Source of the DNA: Acidimicrobiales bacterium
GTDB taxonomy: Bacteria > Actinomycetota > Acidimicrobiia > Acidimicrobiales > Aldehydirespiratoraceae
Reading direction: 5' to 3'
Assembly: GCA_047516945.1 (NCBI GenBank)
Contig: JAKZTU010000001.1
Span: 1-48,227 of the forward strand
Length of the DNA: 48,227 nt
This document shows positions 9,198-19,002 of this stretch, piece after piece. The notes under the pieces were generated by a model. The model worked only from the letters and a program-made list of their open reading frames with translations, was not told the DNA's origin and searched no databases. Positions within the stretch are counted from its first letter, which is position 1. Every line of letters starts with the position of its first letter. The position numbers and the translations under genes were made by a program.

Positions 9198-10355
9198 ATG
9201 ACTGGTGGAGATGCCACAATGCGGGCGTACGGGGGGCAGCAGCCGGTCCCGACGTTCGACGACCCAGCGTTCAGGAAACTCAACAAGCCTCTTGCCGAAG
9301 CCCGTGTTGCGATCGTGACCTCGGCAGCGCTGCACCGGCCCGATCAGGATCGCTTCGCTGTGGCCGACACAGGCTTTCGGGCGCTTGACCGTGCTGACCG
9401 CAACATCGTCATGGGCCACTGGAGTCCCAACTTCGACCACACAGGCTTTCAACTCGACCTCAATGTCGTGTATCCGATCGACCGGTTGGAGGAATTGGCC
9501 GCTCAGGGTGTCATCGGTGATGTCGCGCCACGGCATTTCGCCTTTGCCGGCAATCAACCTGAGACAGTCAGCGAACTGCGTCTCGACACCGGCCCCGCAT
9601 GTGCGAAGGAGATGTTGGCCGATGCGGTCGATGTGGTGGTGCTAACGCCGGTTTGACCGGAGTGCACGCGTACCGTGAGTGCGCTCGCCCATGTCTTCGA
9701 AGCCGCTGGTTTGTCGACCATTGTGCTCGCTTCGATGAAGGAGGTAGCCGAGCGGATGATGCCCCCGCGCACGCTCTACTGCGAGTTCCCGCTGGGCCGT
9801 CCGCTGGGTCGTCCCGACGACGTTGAGTTGCAGCTTGATGTCTTGAACCGCGCCTTGGCATTGCTCGACTCGAACGAACCTGTACTCGAGACCCATCCGC
9901 TGGTGATCGAATCCGAGGAAACACCTTTGGCGTGCTCGATCCCGCCGCGCTTCGATGCAACGCTTCCGCCCGCGGTTGATGAAGCCCAGGGTCTGCGAGC
10001 GGCCTATGACCGGTCATTCGACGCTCGGGGTGTCACCTCGGTCGGCCGCGCCATTGACGCCGACACAGTTGTCGATGCACTCGACGTCCTGGCCCAGTGG
10101 GCCGAAGGTTCGTCGTGGAAGGAAACTCCGCTACCGGGCAAGAACACGATCGCGGTCTGTCACGACATACGGGCCTACTACACCGAAGCAGCCCTTGAGC
10201 TAGCGACAGGGCCGGCGCCAGGAGGGCGTGCGGTCGAAGCCTGGTTCTACACCGAGACCGAAGCCGGCAAGACCATGATGGCGGCGCGCACACAACTGAA
10301 GGAGCAGGACGCACCGTTCCCGTTCTGGTTCTACATGGCCCCCGCCCACCGCTAG
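9198..10355 (+). CDS. Selenoprotein of the glycine/sarcosine/betaine/proline reductase selenoprotein B (GrdB/PrdB-like) family; Sec UGA at 9654-9656
   Basis: The track ORFs 9198-9656 and 9675-10355 are in the same frame, separated only by TGA. Read-through gives VVVLTPV-U-PECTRTVSALAH (UxxC). PLAEARVAIVTSAALH and DLNVVYPIDRLEEL are typical of the family. RBS AGGAGG upstream. Confidence 0.85.
9657..9690 (+). promoter_or_regulatory. Candidate bacterial SECIS hairpin
   Basis: GAGTGCAC (9660-9667) can pair with GTGCGCTC (9679-9686), including one G-U pair, immediately 3' of the UGA. Confidence 0.55.
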
Positions 10356-10365
10356 CCTGGTTGGG

Positions 10366-11589
10366 TTGACTGAGCCGACAATTACAGTTCGTCCGGGGCA
10401 TCCAGACTTCTTGGATCTCGCCTGGGAGCAGTCCGTCGTCGATTGGGACAGTCCTCGGCTGGTGACGCTGCCGAAGGGGATCTCGCGTCACGAGGTCAGG
10501 TTCGTCACCTACGACGAAGGCCTGTATGCGATCAAGGAACTGCCCCACAAAGCGGCGCGCAACGACTACCAGGTGCTTCGCGCACTTGAGCGGCTGGAGG
10601 GACCGTCGGTCAGTGCGGTGGGCTTGGTTGAGGACCGCTGGGATGACCCTGGAGCGGAACGTTCGGCTGCTCTGATAACGAGATATGTCGACTTCTCGTT
10701 TTCATACCGGGAGTTGCTCGAAGGAACTGGTTTCGGTGAACGGCGCCGACAGATGCTGGCTGCTTTCGCCGGGCTGCTCGTCGAATTGCATCTGGCTGGT
10801 TGTTTCTGGGGTGACTGTTCGCTGTCGAACGTTCTCTTCAAGTACGACGCAATGGCTATCGAGGCTCTGATGGTTGATGCCGAAACCGCTGAACTGCACC
10901 CCGAACTCAGCGACGGTCAACGCCTCCACGACATCGACATCATGACAATCAACGTGGCAGGTGGTATGGCCGACATAGCGGCTTCACGAGGGGTTGGTAT
11001 TGATGACGCTGATACCGACCTTGGTGAAGAAATAGCTCGTTGGTACGAATGGTTGTGGGACGAGACAACCAGTGAGACCGTGATCGGCACAGACGAGCGC
11101 TATCGCATCACCGAACGGATTCGGCACCTCAACGAACTCGGGTTTACGGTCGACGAAGTCGACCTCACCTCCACCGATGGAGGCACCCGGCTGCGGATGC
11201 GGCCCAGCGTCGGCCCCCGGAACCACAACACGCGTCGCTTGCGGGAAATAACTGGAATTGAGGCGTCGGAGTGGCAGGCTCGGCACCTGCTCAGCGACAT
11301 CTATCACTTATCAGCAGGCCGCAGCAGCGAGAAAAGCGGTGATCTGGTGTTGGCTGCGATCCGCTGGCGAGCCGAACGGTGGGAGCCGGCAATCCGTCGA
11401 ATCCAAGTTCAGGCGGGGGATGACAATGTGCTGCAGGGATACTGCGACTTCCTGAATTATCGCTATGAGGCATCGAGTAGCGCTGGCGCCGATCTGGGCC
11501 AAGAAGCCGCCTTCGACGGATGGCTCGCAGCCGGTCGCCCCGGTTTCCGCCCCGAACCCGAAGCGTCACCGACAAGGACCGACATTTAA
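10366..11589 (+). CDS. DUF4032 domain / LPS-kinase-like protein
   Basis: HPDFLDLAWE, LPKGISRHEVRFV, and LLVELHLAGCFWGDCSLSNVLF..LMVDAETAE. Confidence 0.85.
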   Translation: MTEPTITVRPGHPDFLDLAWEQSVVDWDSPRLVTLPKGISRHEVRFVTYDEGLYAIKELPHKAARNDYQVLRALERLEGPSVSAVGLVEDRWDDPGAERSAALITRYVDFSFSYRELLEGTGFGERRRQMLAAFAGLLVELHLAGCFWGDCSLSNVLFKYDAMAIEALMVDAETAELHPELSDGQRLHDIDIMTINVAGGMADIAASRGVGIDDADTDLGEEIARWYEWLWDETTSETVIGTDERYRITERIRHLNELGFTVDEVDLTSTDGGTRLRMRPSVGPRNHNTRRLREITGIEASEWQARHLLSDIYHLSAGRSSEKSGDLVLAAIRWRAERWEPAIRRIQVQAGDDNVLQGYCDFLNYRYEASSSAGADLGQEAAFDGWLAAGRPGFRPEPEASPTRTDI

Positions 11590-11590
11590 C

Positions 11591-11620
11591 GTACAAATTG
11601 CTGTTCAGTAGTTGTACACT
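11591..11620 (+). promoter_or_regulatory. Probable autoregulatory operator and -10 element of the vapBC operon
   Basis: Inverted repeat GTACAA (11591-96)...TTGTAC (11612-17) overlaps TACACT, which lies 7 nt before the ATG at 11628. Confidence 0.5.
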
Positions 11621-11627
11621 TACCGTT

Positions 11628-11891
11628 ATGGATGTAGCGGTCACTGATTTGCGAGCCCATTTGAGGCACTGGTTGGATCAGGCGAGAGACGGTGAAGAGG
11701 TTGTGGTCACCGAGAGAGGAATCCCGGTGGCAAAGATCATCGGCTTGGAAACCACCGCGATAATCGAGTCACTGGTCCAGCAGGGAAAAATCTCCAAGCC
11801 TTCTTCTCAAAACCGGCCCGTGGCTACCGGTCGCGCGCGGCCGCGGTCCCGCCAGTCGGTCTCAGACCTAGTTTCCGAGCAGCGGGACTGA
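11628..11891 (+). CDS. vapB: Phd/YefM-family antitoxin
   Basis: MDVAVTDLRAHLRHWLDQARDGEEVVVTERGIPVAKI. Confidence 0.9.
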   Translation: MDVAVTDLRAHLRHWLDQARDGEEVVVTERGIPVAKIIGLETTAIIESLVQQGKISKPSSQNRPVATGRARPRSRQSVSDLVSEQRD

Positions 11892-11895
11892 TCGC

Positions 11896-12333
11896 TTGGC
11901 CATCGTCTATTTCGACTCCAGCGCGCTTGTCAAGCTGCTGGTTGAGGAGTCTGGGAGCGATATTGTTGCCGCTCTCTGGGACGGGTGCGATGCTGCGGTC
12001 TCGAGCCGTCTCTCCTATCCAGAGGTGTGCGCAGCATTGGCCGCGGCTGGACGCAACCACGACTTGGACCAGGCCAGTCTTACTCGCTGCGAACAAGACT
12101 GGGAGCACTATTGGGCGGCGATTCGCCCCGTTGAACTCACTCACCCTGTGCAAATGGCGGCTGGTCGGCTGGCCAAGCAACACGGCCTTCGCGGAGCCGA
12201 CGCGATCCACCTCGCCAGCGCTTTGGGACTAGGTACTGCGGATGTGGTGGTGGCTGTGTGGGACCTGAGGCGCCATGCCGGAGTAGTATCGGAGGCTCTG
12301 GCCGTGTCTCCGCCCAGTTTGGAAACGACATGA
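11896..12333 (+). CDS. vapC: PIN-domain toxin
   Basis: IVYFDSSALVKLLVEE, YPEV, LRGADAIHLASA and VWDLR. Confidence 0.9.
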   Translation: MAIVYFDSSALVKLLVEESGSDIVAALWDGCDAAVSSRLSYPEVCAALAAAGRNHDLDQASLTRCEQDWEHYWAAIRPVELTHPVQMAAGRLAKQHGLRGADAIHLASALGLGTADVVVAVWDLRRHAGVVSEALAVSPPSLETT

Positions 12334-13298
12334 AGGCGATCGAGATCCAAGGCGACCAACTGGTGTGGAGCGACACACCGAGTCCGTCGTTGGGGGATGG
12401 GGAGGTCCGCATTGAGGTCAAAGCCAGCGCCGTGAATCGGGCTGATTTGGCGCAACGAGCGGGGGTCTATCCAGCGCCGCCCGGTGCCAGTCCGATTCTC
12501 GGACTGGAGTGTTCGGGCGTGGTGTCCGAGATCACCCCAGGTGTGTCTGGCTTTGAGATCGGCGATGAAGTTTGTGCCCTTCTCGCCGGAGGCGGTTATG
12601 CCGAAGAAGTCGTAGTCCCGGCCCCGCAGGTTGTCCCGGTCCCTGCCGGTTTGTCGTTTGTTGAGGCCGCAGCGCTGCCCGAGGCCTTCGCCACCGCTTA
12701 TCTGAATCTCTACATGGAAGCAGCCTTGGCTCCCGGCGAACGAGTCTTGTTGCATGCCGGAGCGAGTGGTGTGGGCACCGCCGCTATTCAATTGTGCAGG
12801 GCCTTCGGCAACCCCGTTTTCGTAACGGCTGGCGCTGATGGCAAGATCGAGCGGTGCGTAACGCTAGGCGCGTCCCGAGGCTGCAATCGACATTCAGGGA
12901 GCTTCGTCGATCACGTCAAGAGCTGGACCGATGGCAACGGCTTCGACGTAATCCTCGATCCGGTGGGTGCTAGCTATCTCAACGACAACATCGGAAGTCT
13001 CGCCATCGACGGTCGGCTGGTGCTGATCGGCTTGATGGGCGGCGCCAGCGCAGAAATCTCGCTTGGGCTGTTGATGATGAAACGACTGCGAGTGATCGGT
13101 TCAACACTGCGAGCCAGGCCGGTGGCTGCGAAAGCTGTGATCATGTCGGCGCTTCGCGAACGGGTCTGGCCGCTTATCGAATCGGGTGAGATCGGTCCCA
13201 TCATCGACGAGGTGATCCCCATTGCCGAGACCGAGCGGGCTCACGAACTGATCGAATCCAACAAAACTTTCGGCAAAGTCGTCCTCAAAGTCGACTAA
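12330..13298 (+). CDS. NAD(P)H quinone oxidoreductase (PIG3 family)
   Basis: VNRADLAQRAGVYP..PGASPILGLECSG and LLHAGASGVGTAAIQ. ATG overlaps the vapC stop (ATGA). Confidence 0.9.
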   Translation: MKAIEIQGDQLVWSDTPSPSLGDGEVRIEVKASAVNRADLAQRAGVYPAPPGASPILGLECSGVVSEITPGVSGFEIGDEVCALLAGGGYAEEVVVPAPQVVPVPAGLSFVEAAALPEAFATAYLNLYMEAALAPGERVLLHAGASGVGTAAIQLCRAFGNPVFVTAGADGKIERCVTLGASRGCNRHSGSFVDHVKSWTDGNGFDVILDPVGASYLNDNIGSLAIDGRLVLIGLMGGASAEISLGLLMMKRLRVIGSTLRARPVAAKAVIMSALRERVWPLIESGEIGPIIDEVIPIAETERAHELIESNKTFGKVVLKVD

Positions 13299-13411
13299 TC
13301 AGGCCAAGCACCTGCGATGCGTCGCAATGCCAGATACGGTGCCCACGTTCTTGCGCCGCCAACATGAGAGCGAACTAAGTGTCCGTCTCGGGCCGCTCGG
13401 TCACCGCGGAC

Positions 13412-14503
13412 TCACACCAACTGGGTCTCGCGCAGCGAATCCGACATCGAGACGATGTACCCGATCGCCGGGTCGGCCTGGCCCTCTAGGAGGTTCTGAT
13501 AGACGGCGATGATCTCATTGGGGCCGGTTCGATGAGTGACAGTGAGCCAGCGGTCCGTGGTGTCTAGGAGACTGTGGAACGAACGGGCGATGCGCGAGGT
13601 CAACTCAGCTGCCCCCCACTCTTGGTTCCGCTTCGTTACCTGGCCTGGAGCGAAAAAAAACTCGGGCTTTGGTCCCGCAAGATCCTCAGCCGAGCCGCCC
13701 GGATCCTCCCAGTGAGTGGCCCCGACCGTCAGCGAGCAGGCAAGGTTGTCCGCGAAGTGTGTGTGTACCGCCGAGCGGACCGTGCCGCTGCCGGCGGTGT
13801 CGACCAGACCCGAGGTGATTGAGGCGTCAAGGTGGCCGATCTCGCCGTAGGTGATCACCTGCCCGTACATGCGGAGGCTCTCGACGAACGTACGGTTGCG
13901 GGACGACGTGAGTCCGACGCAGTTGTGGCCGCGGCGGGCCAGACAGTCAGCGAGGCAGATCGAGGTCTTTGATGAGGCGCTGGTGACGAGGGTCTGGGAA
14001 GCACCGTGGAATTCGTGATCGGCGAGGTAGTCGTCAATGAGGAACGAAGTCATGAACAGACCGCGCAGCAGCAGATACTCATCGACTTGGTCGCTCCGAA
14101 ACGTCGGGTCGCTGTCGACATCGATGAACTCGGTGTAGGTGCTGGCGTGGTTGGCGCGATGCGCGCCGATATCGCGGAACCCGCTTCGTCGCGGCTGAGC
14201 GTTGATGACAAGCTGGTCAGACATTGGGTAGAAGCCGAAGAACCGCCCGCCGAGGGGTATTTCAGGGTTGGACGTTTCGACCACCGAGCCGAGTCCCATG
14301 GCCGGGAGCCGTCCCCATGGGGTTTCGGTGGGGAAGAACCCCCAGTAGTCGAGCATGTCGCCAGCCACTGCGTAGGTGACGTTGTTGGTGGTGAATGCGA
14401 ACCGTTCGACGGCGAGGCGAATCTGGCCTTCTGCTAGTTCAGCCGCGGGTTTGTCGATGATCCGGGTGTCTCTGAAATTCTCGCGGTTGACCTCGAAATC
14501 CAT
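13412..14503 (-). CDS. DUF2855 family protein
   Basis: FAFTTNNVTYAVAG..YWGFFP, LRGLFMTSFL, TSASSKTS, VGATHW and FFFAP. Confidence 0.85.
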   Translation of the reverse strand: MDFEVNRENFRDTRIIDKPAAELAEGQIRLAVERFAFTTNNVTYAVAGDMLDYWGFFPTETPWGRLPAMGLGSVVETSNPEIPLGGRFFGFYPMSDQLVINAQPRRSGFRDIGAHRANHASTYTEFIDVDSDPTFRSDQVDEYLLLRGLFMTSFLIDDYLADHEFHGASQTLVTSASSKTSICLADCLARRGHNCVGLTSSRNRTFVESLRMYGQVITYGEIGHLDASITSGLVDTAGSGTVRSAVHTHFADNLACSLTVGATHWEDPGGSAEDLAGPKPEFFFAPGQVTKRNQEWGAAELTSRIARSFHSLLDTTDRWLTVTHRTGPNEIIAVYQNLLEGQADPAIGYIVSMSDSLRETQLV

Positions 14504-14560
14504 GGGCGGATCCTAACAACTGAGCACAACTATTGCTAGTCTGAGGCGCAATACAGTAGG

Positions 14561-14577
14561 TTGAAGCGGTATTTCAA
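14561..14577. promoter_or_regulatory. Palindrome between divergent genes, candidate TetR operator
   Basis: TTGAA-N7-TTCAA between the DUF2855 gene and the dehalogenase-TetR operon. Confidence 0.35.
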
Positions 14578-14604
14578 AGCCAATACAGGATACTCAGACC
14601 GACC

Positions 14605-15570
14605 ATGCACATTCTTCAAACACCAGATGACGCGGCTGACCACTTGGTCGACTATCCGGGAAGCCGCCGCTACGTGTCAGTCCCGGCTGGCGACGGGCAA
14701 GACCTGAGAATCCATATGGTCGATGCCGGTGACCGATCCGCTCCAGCCGTGGTGTTCCTCCATGGCAACCCCTCGTGGTCGTACCTGTGGCGGCACCAGA
14801 TCGCGGCAGCGGTTGACGCCGGGTACCGGGCGATCGCTCCAGATCTGGTTGGGATGGGTCTGTCCGACAAACCGTCTGAGATGTCCGACTACAGCGTCGC
14901 ACGCCATGTCGGCTGGATGCGCGCTGCGTTGTTCGACCAGCTCGGCCTCACCGATATCTCATTCGTGCTACACGACTGGGGTGGGATAATCGGGATGCGC
15001 CTCGCCGCTGAGCAGCCCGAACGAGTCGGGCGCATGGTCATCTCCAACACCGGACTGCCGTGGCGTGACGTTACTGCACCGTTGCCCGAAGTCATCGAAG
15101 CTTCGGGTCCGCTGGCCGACTTCCAGGCATTCGCGGCGGTAGCCCCGAAGTGGGAGCCTTGGACTCTGCTTGGAATGGTCATGGCCTCCCAACCTGCGCC
15201 CGAACTCGAATCGGCTTACCAAGCGCCATACCCAGAGCAGAATCTGACGGTCGGCAGTCGCGCCTTCACACAGTTGTTACCGACCCGCGCCGACAATCCG
15301 ATGTACCCCGACAACTATGAGGCCTGGAAGGTTCTCGACACCTTCACCAAGCCTGTGCTCACTATCTTCAGCGACAAGGATCCGGTGGCCCCCGACGGGT
15401 GGAACCCGATTGTTGACCGCATCCCTGGAGCCAACGGCCAACCCCACACGATCCTTGAGGGAGGTGGCCACTTTGTCCAAGAAGACCTGCCGGAGCAGTA
15501 CACAGAGACACTGATGGGTTGGTTGGGAGACGCAGGTGAGCGTCCGCTTGCTACGGTCGTGGCGCGATGA
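14605..15570 (+). CDS. Haloalkane dehalogenase (alpha/beta hydrolase)
   Basis: LHGNPSWSYLWR, PDLVGMGLSDKP, nucleophile elbow HDWGG, FSDKDP and GHFVQED. Confidence 0.9.
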   Translation: MHILQTPDDAADHLVDYPGSRRYVSVPAGDGQDLRIHMVDAGDRSAPAVVFLHGNPSWSYLWRHQIAAAVDAGYRAIAPDLVGMGLSDKPSEMSDYSVARHVGWMRAALFDQLGLTDISFVLHDWGGIIGMRLAAEQPERVGRMVISNTGLPWRDVTAPLPEVIEASGPLADFQAFAAVAPKWEPWTLLGMVMASQPAPELESAYQAPYPEQNLTVGSRAFTQLLPTRADNPMYPDNYEAWKVLDTFTKPVLTIFSDKDPVAPDGWNPIVDRIPGANGQPHTILEGGGHFVQEDLPEQYTETLMGWLGDAGERPLATVVAR

Positions 15571-16172
15571 CAGACAGCGGTGAAATCCAGACCCCAATCG
15601 ACGGGCGTGCCGCTCGACGGGAACGCAACATAGACAATGTGCTCGACGTGGTGATTGAGATGTTTGCCGAAGAGTCGCTGTTCCCCACCATCGAGCAAGC
15701 CGCGAAACGGTCCGGGCTGTCGTTGCGCTCGCTGTATCGGTACTTCGCTGACCCAGGAGAGTTGCTTGAAGCAGTCATTAAACGCAACCGCGAGGTCATC
15801 GCTGATGATGCCCATCTTTCGTCGATCGGCCAGGGACCGCTTCCCGCTCGGGTCGATGATTTCATAGCGATGCGGATGCGCCTCTACGAAAGCATTGGCC
15901 CGGTGTATCGAGCGACGGTCGCCAACGCAGCGCTGAGTTCACGCATCCGCGACGAACTGGCGGCGACCCGCAACGATTTCCGTGTTCAATTCGAGCTTCA
16001 GTTCGCCCCCGAATTGAATGAACGCAAGCGGTCTGATCGAGTGGCTGTGCTGTCCGCCGGAGACGTGATTACTCAACTCGAATCGATCGATTTTCTCCGC
16101 CGTCACCGTCAACTGACCGTCGCTGAGACTGAGGACTCGCTGCGTATCGTGCTGTTGGCAATTCTCATGTAG
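15567..16172 (+). CDS. TetR-family regulator
   Basis: DGRAARRERN..PTIEQAAKRSGLSLRSLYRYF. Confidence 0.9.
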   Translation: MTDSGEIQTPIDGRAARRERNIDNVLDVVIEMFAEESLFPTIEQAAKRSGLSLRSLYRYFADPGELLEAVIKRNREVIADDAHLSSIGQGPLPARVDDFIAMRMRLYESIGPVYRATVANAALSSRIRDELAATRNDFRVQFELQFAPELNERKRSDRVAVLSAGDVITQLESIDFLRRHRQLTVAETEDSLRIVLLAILM

Positions 16173-16238
16173 TGCCAGTTAAACTAGCATAATATCGTCC
16201 AGCTGAGTCTCTAGACTCATTCCAAAAGGTCACAACCG

Positions 16239-16763
16239 ATGAACAGTCCGACCAGTCCCACAATTGACTCGATACCCGTAGCCAAGACACCCCTCGGTGG
16301 CTGGACCGAATGGCCGGCCCCGATCCTCGTTGGTTGCCGTGAACCTCGCCCCGAGGGCGCACCGGACCTTGATGGTTTCTGGCAGACGATTGAGGTGACG
16401 GTCAACGATCAGGTCGTACCCGACCACCCGTCGGTAGGAGGTGTTACTCGGGTCGAGCAGGCCGGTGATCGACTAGTTGTGATCGGTGGGGGGGTGGTTC
16501 ACGACATGCGCTGCGACGGCACGCTCGAAAACGGGGTCCATGATGTGGCCGAGTTCGACAAGAGAACCGAGATCAATGTCGCGGCGAGCTACGAAGACGG
16601 TGTGCATGTGCTGCGCCCCAAGGGGATGAACCTCGAGGTTCGTCGCTGGCGCGAGGGTGAACACCTGATGTGGGACTACGCGCGTTTCGTGGCGCGAATG
16701 AGACATCTTGGGTCATCAGATCTCGATCCCAGCCAGGTCTTCGCTGCAATCGCCAACCCCTAG
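16239..16763 (+). CDS. Conserved hypothetical protein
   Basis: Coding-like 174-aa ORF (APDLDGFWQ, RVEQAGDRLVVIGGGVVHDMRCDGTLENGVHD). No function recognised. Confidence 0.65.
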   Translation: MNSPTSPTIDSIPVAKTPLGGWTEWPAPILVGCREPRPEGAPDLDGFWQTIEVTVNDQVVPDHPSVGGVTRVEQAGDRLVVIGGGVVHDMRCDGTLENGVHDVAEFDKRTEINVAASYEDGVHVLRPKGMNLEVRRWREGEHLMWDYARFVARMRHLGSSDLDPSQVFAAIANP

Positions 16764-16797
16764 AGAGAGAAACAGACGATCGGTAGGCAGGCGTGGA

Positions 16798-16881
16798 ATG
16801 AAAACCCGGATCACAGAACTCTTGGGAATCGACATCCCGGTGGCATTGTCGAGCAGTCGAAGAGCACGAATAGCCGGGTAA
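16798..16881 (+). pseudogene. Nitronate monooxygenase/FabK-like N-terminal stub
   Basis: Not in the track. MKTRITELLGIDIPV matches the family N-terminus, then the sequence diverges and stops after 27 codons. Confidence 0.65.
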
Positions 16882-16890
16882 TGTTTCGTT

Positions 16891-17517
16891 ATGGCTAGTC
16901 GGCTGCGACGGGATCGTGCAGATATCCGTGATCTGCTGCTGGAAGCGGCTATCGCCGAGTTTGCGGAAAATGGTTTCGAAGGCGCTTCGACGATCTCAAT
17001 TGCCAAAAGAGCCGACGCGCACCAGCCCCAAATCAACTACCACTTCTCGTCGAAAGCGGAGTTGTGGCGAGCCGCAATGGACCACCTATTCTCCCAACTT
17101 GACGGGGCCCTCGGTTACTTCGATCCTGACGCCGATCCGGCGCGAAACTTTGCGCTCTTCCTGCGAAGATTTGTTGAGTTTTGCGCTGAACGCCCGCAGC
17201 TCAACCAGATCATGGTTAAAGAGGCGACTGCCGTCTCGGAGCGGTTGGAGTGGCTCGTTGACAGGCACATCCGCCCGAGATATTTAACGTTGGCTGCTCA
17301 ATGGACACAGCTACAAGATCTTGGTGTCGCGGCCCCGATCGATGTCAGACTCTTTCATCATGTGCTTATGGGAGCGGTCTCGTTGCCCTATACGGTTCGG
17401 TTGGAGTTGGAACTCTTGACCGACGCCGATCCTTCCGATCCTGCGCTGATTGACGCGCACGTCGACGGCCTGGTTGCAACCCTTCTTCCCGGGCTTCGCG
17501 ATTCAATGACAAGCTGA
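16891..17517 (+). CDS. TetR-family regulator
   Basis: LLEAAIAEFAENGFEGASTISIAKRADAHQPQINYHFSSKAELW. Confidence 0.92.
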   Translation: MASRLRRDRADIRDLLLEAAIAEFAENGFEGASTISIAKRADAHQPQINYHFSSKAELWRAAMDHLFSQLDGALGYFDPDADPARNFALFLRRFVEFCAERPQLNQIMVKEATAVSERLEWLVDRHIRPRYLTLAAQWTQLQDLGVAAPIDVRLFHHVLMGAVSLPYTVRLELELLTDADPSDPALIDAHVDGLVATLLPGLRDSMTS

Positions 17518-17550
17518 GAGTGTGCAGGTGAGTCGAGCGAACGGCTGATT

Positions 17551-19002
17551 GTGCGGATCCGAGGCCCTCACCCGTTGGTTGCTGCGGCGCTTTCGGTGAT
17601 TTGGCCCGGTCTCGGACATTTTGGGCATCGCAACCGCCGCGCTTTGATACTGCTACTGAGCTCACTCGCACTTAGCGGCGCGTTGGTTGCCTATGTTGCC
17701 ACGCGCAGTAAATCAACCTTGCTCACCTGGACTTTTGCTCGGTCACCTTTGTGGATCGCCATTGTTGTTGCGGCACTGTCTCTGGTATTTCGAATTTGGG
17801 TTGCGGTTGATGCTTACATGGTTGCGCACGGCTGGCCTCAACCCCGAGTTCGATCCCGTCGGACTCACCGAGCGATTGCGGCTGCGACGTTTGTTGTTTT
17901 GGTCGCCTTCATTGCCGTGCCGCACTTCTTCGTCGTTCGCTACGCGGTTGCTCAGCTCGATCTGTTGCACGACGTCTTCAGTGCAACAACGACCGTGACC
18001 GCAACTCCGACTCCGCTTGTCGATACGGAGGAGCCATCCGAAAAAGATTCGCTTGCGCATGGTTCTACCGATCAGGGTTCCGAGCCGGGTTCTTCGTCGA
18101 TTCCTCCGGAGACAACCGTGCCGAGAGAGACTTGGGATGGAGACGAACGCCTCACCATCGCGTTGCTTGGCGGTGATAGCGGATTTGACCGCGTTGGAGT
18201 GCGAACGGACACGATCATTTTGATTTCCATTGATGTGGACACCGGCGACGCGGCAGCTTTCAACATCCCTCGTAACTGGAGAGACCTCACATTCCCTGAA
18301 GGCACACCCGCGGCCGAGCAGTGGCCTGATGGCTATATGGGTATTGCCAACGAGGTCTATTCCCTCGGTTTGAGTTACCCAGATATTTTTCCGGATGTAA
18401 GCGACCCTGCGGGTCACGCCATCAAGTCCGCCATTGCTCAACTCACGGGCATACCGGTGCAGTATTACGTGCTGATCGACATGGTGGGCTTTATCGAGGT
18501 CGTCGACTTGTTCGGCGGTGTCGACCTCCACGTCACCGAAGAGATCAACGACCGACTAAAGCCCGCCGTACTCGGCGGCGAACCAATGGACATCGTGGTC
18601 GAACCTGGGAACTATCGCTTCAATGGTTTGACCGCTCTGGCTTATGTGAGGGCCAGAACCCAATCCTCTGATTATCACCGCATGAATCGGCAACGTTGCG
18701 TCGTCGAAGCCTTGATCGACCAGGTGTCGATCCCAGATGTGTTCGCCAATTTCGTTTCGTTGACTGGAATCATCTCTGCCCATGTCAAGACTGACATTCC
18801 GCTTGATCGTGTTGACGAACTCGTTGATGTTGCCCGCAAGCTTGACACTTCGTGGATTGTGACCGTCAATTTCATCCCTCCGGAGTTCCCGTCGGGCAGT
18901 GTGCCAACGCCTTTAGTGCGTGAGGCTGTTGCCGAGGCGTTGTTAGGCGTCGCAAGCGAAGCTAATGCTGCTCTCTCTGAGTCCTGCCAAAACCCCGAGT
19001 AG
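17551..19002 (+). CDS. LytR-CpsA-Psr (LCP) family protein with N-terminal TM segments
   Basis: IALLGGDSG..RTDTIILISID, IPRN, and ALAYVRART..SDYHRMNRQRCV. Confidence 0.9.
   Translation: MRIRGPHPLVAAALSVIWPGLGHFGHRNRRALILLLSSLALSGALVAYVATRSKSTLLTWTFARSPLWIAIVVAALSLVFRIWVAVDAYMVAHGWPQPRVRSRRTHRAIAAATFVVLVAFIAVPHFFVVRYAVAQLDLLHDVFSATTTVTATPTPLVDTEEPSEKDSLAHGSTDQGSEPGSSSIPPETTVPRETWDGDERLTIALLGGDSGFDRVGVRTDTIILISIDVDTGDAAAFNIPRNWRDLTFPEGTPAAEQWPDGYMGIANEVYSLGLSYPDIFPDVSDPAGHAIKSAIAQLTGIPVQYYVLIDMVGFIEVVDLFGGVDLHVTEEINDRLKPAVLGGEPMDIVVEPGNYRFNGLTALAYVRARTQSSDYHRMNRQRCVVEALIDQVSIPDVFANFVSLTGIISAHVKTDIPLDRVDELVDVARKLDTSWIVTVNFIPPEFPSGSVPTPLVREAVAEALLGVASEANAALSESCQNPE

Noticed and set aside
9675-10355. 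Separate 226-aa gene as listed in the ORF track
   Set aside because: It is in frame with the upstream ORF across a UxxC-forming TGA, so it is better explained as one selenoprotein.
13653-13660. A8 homopolymer as a phase-variation tract
   Set aside because: It encodes the in-frame FFF of the family's FFFAP motif and the gene is intact.
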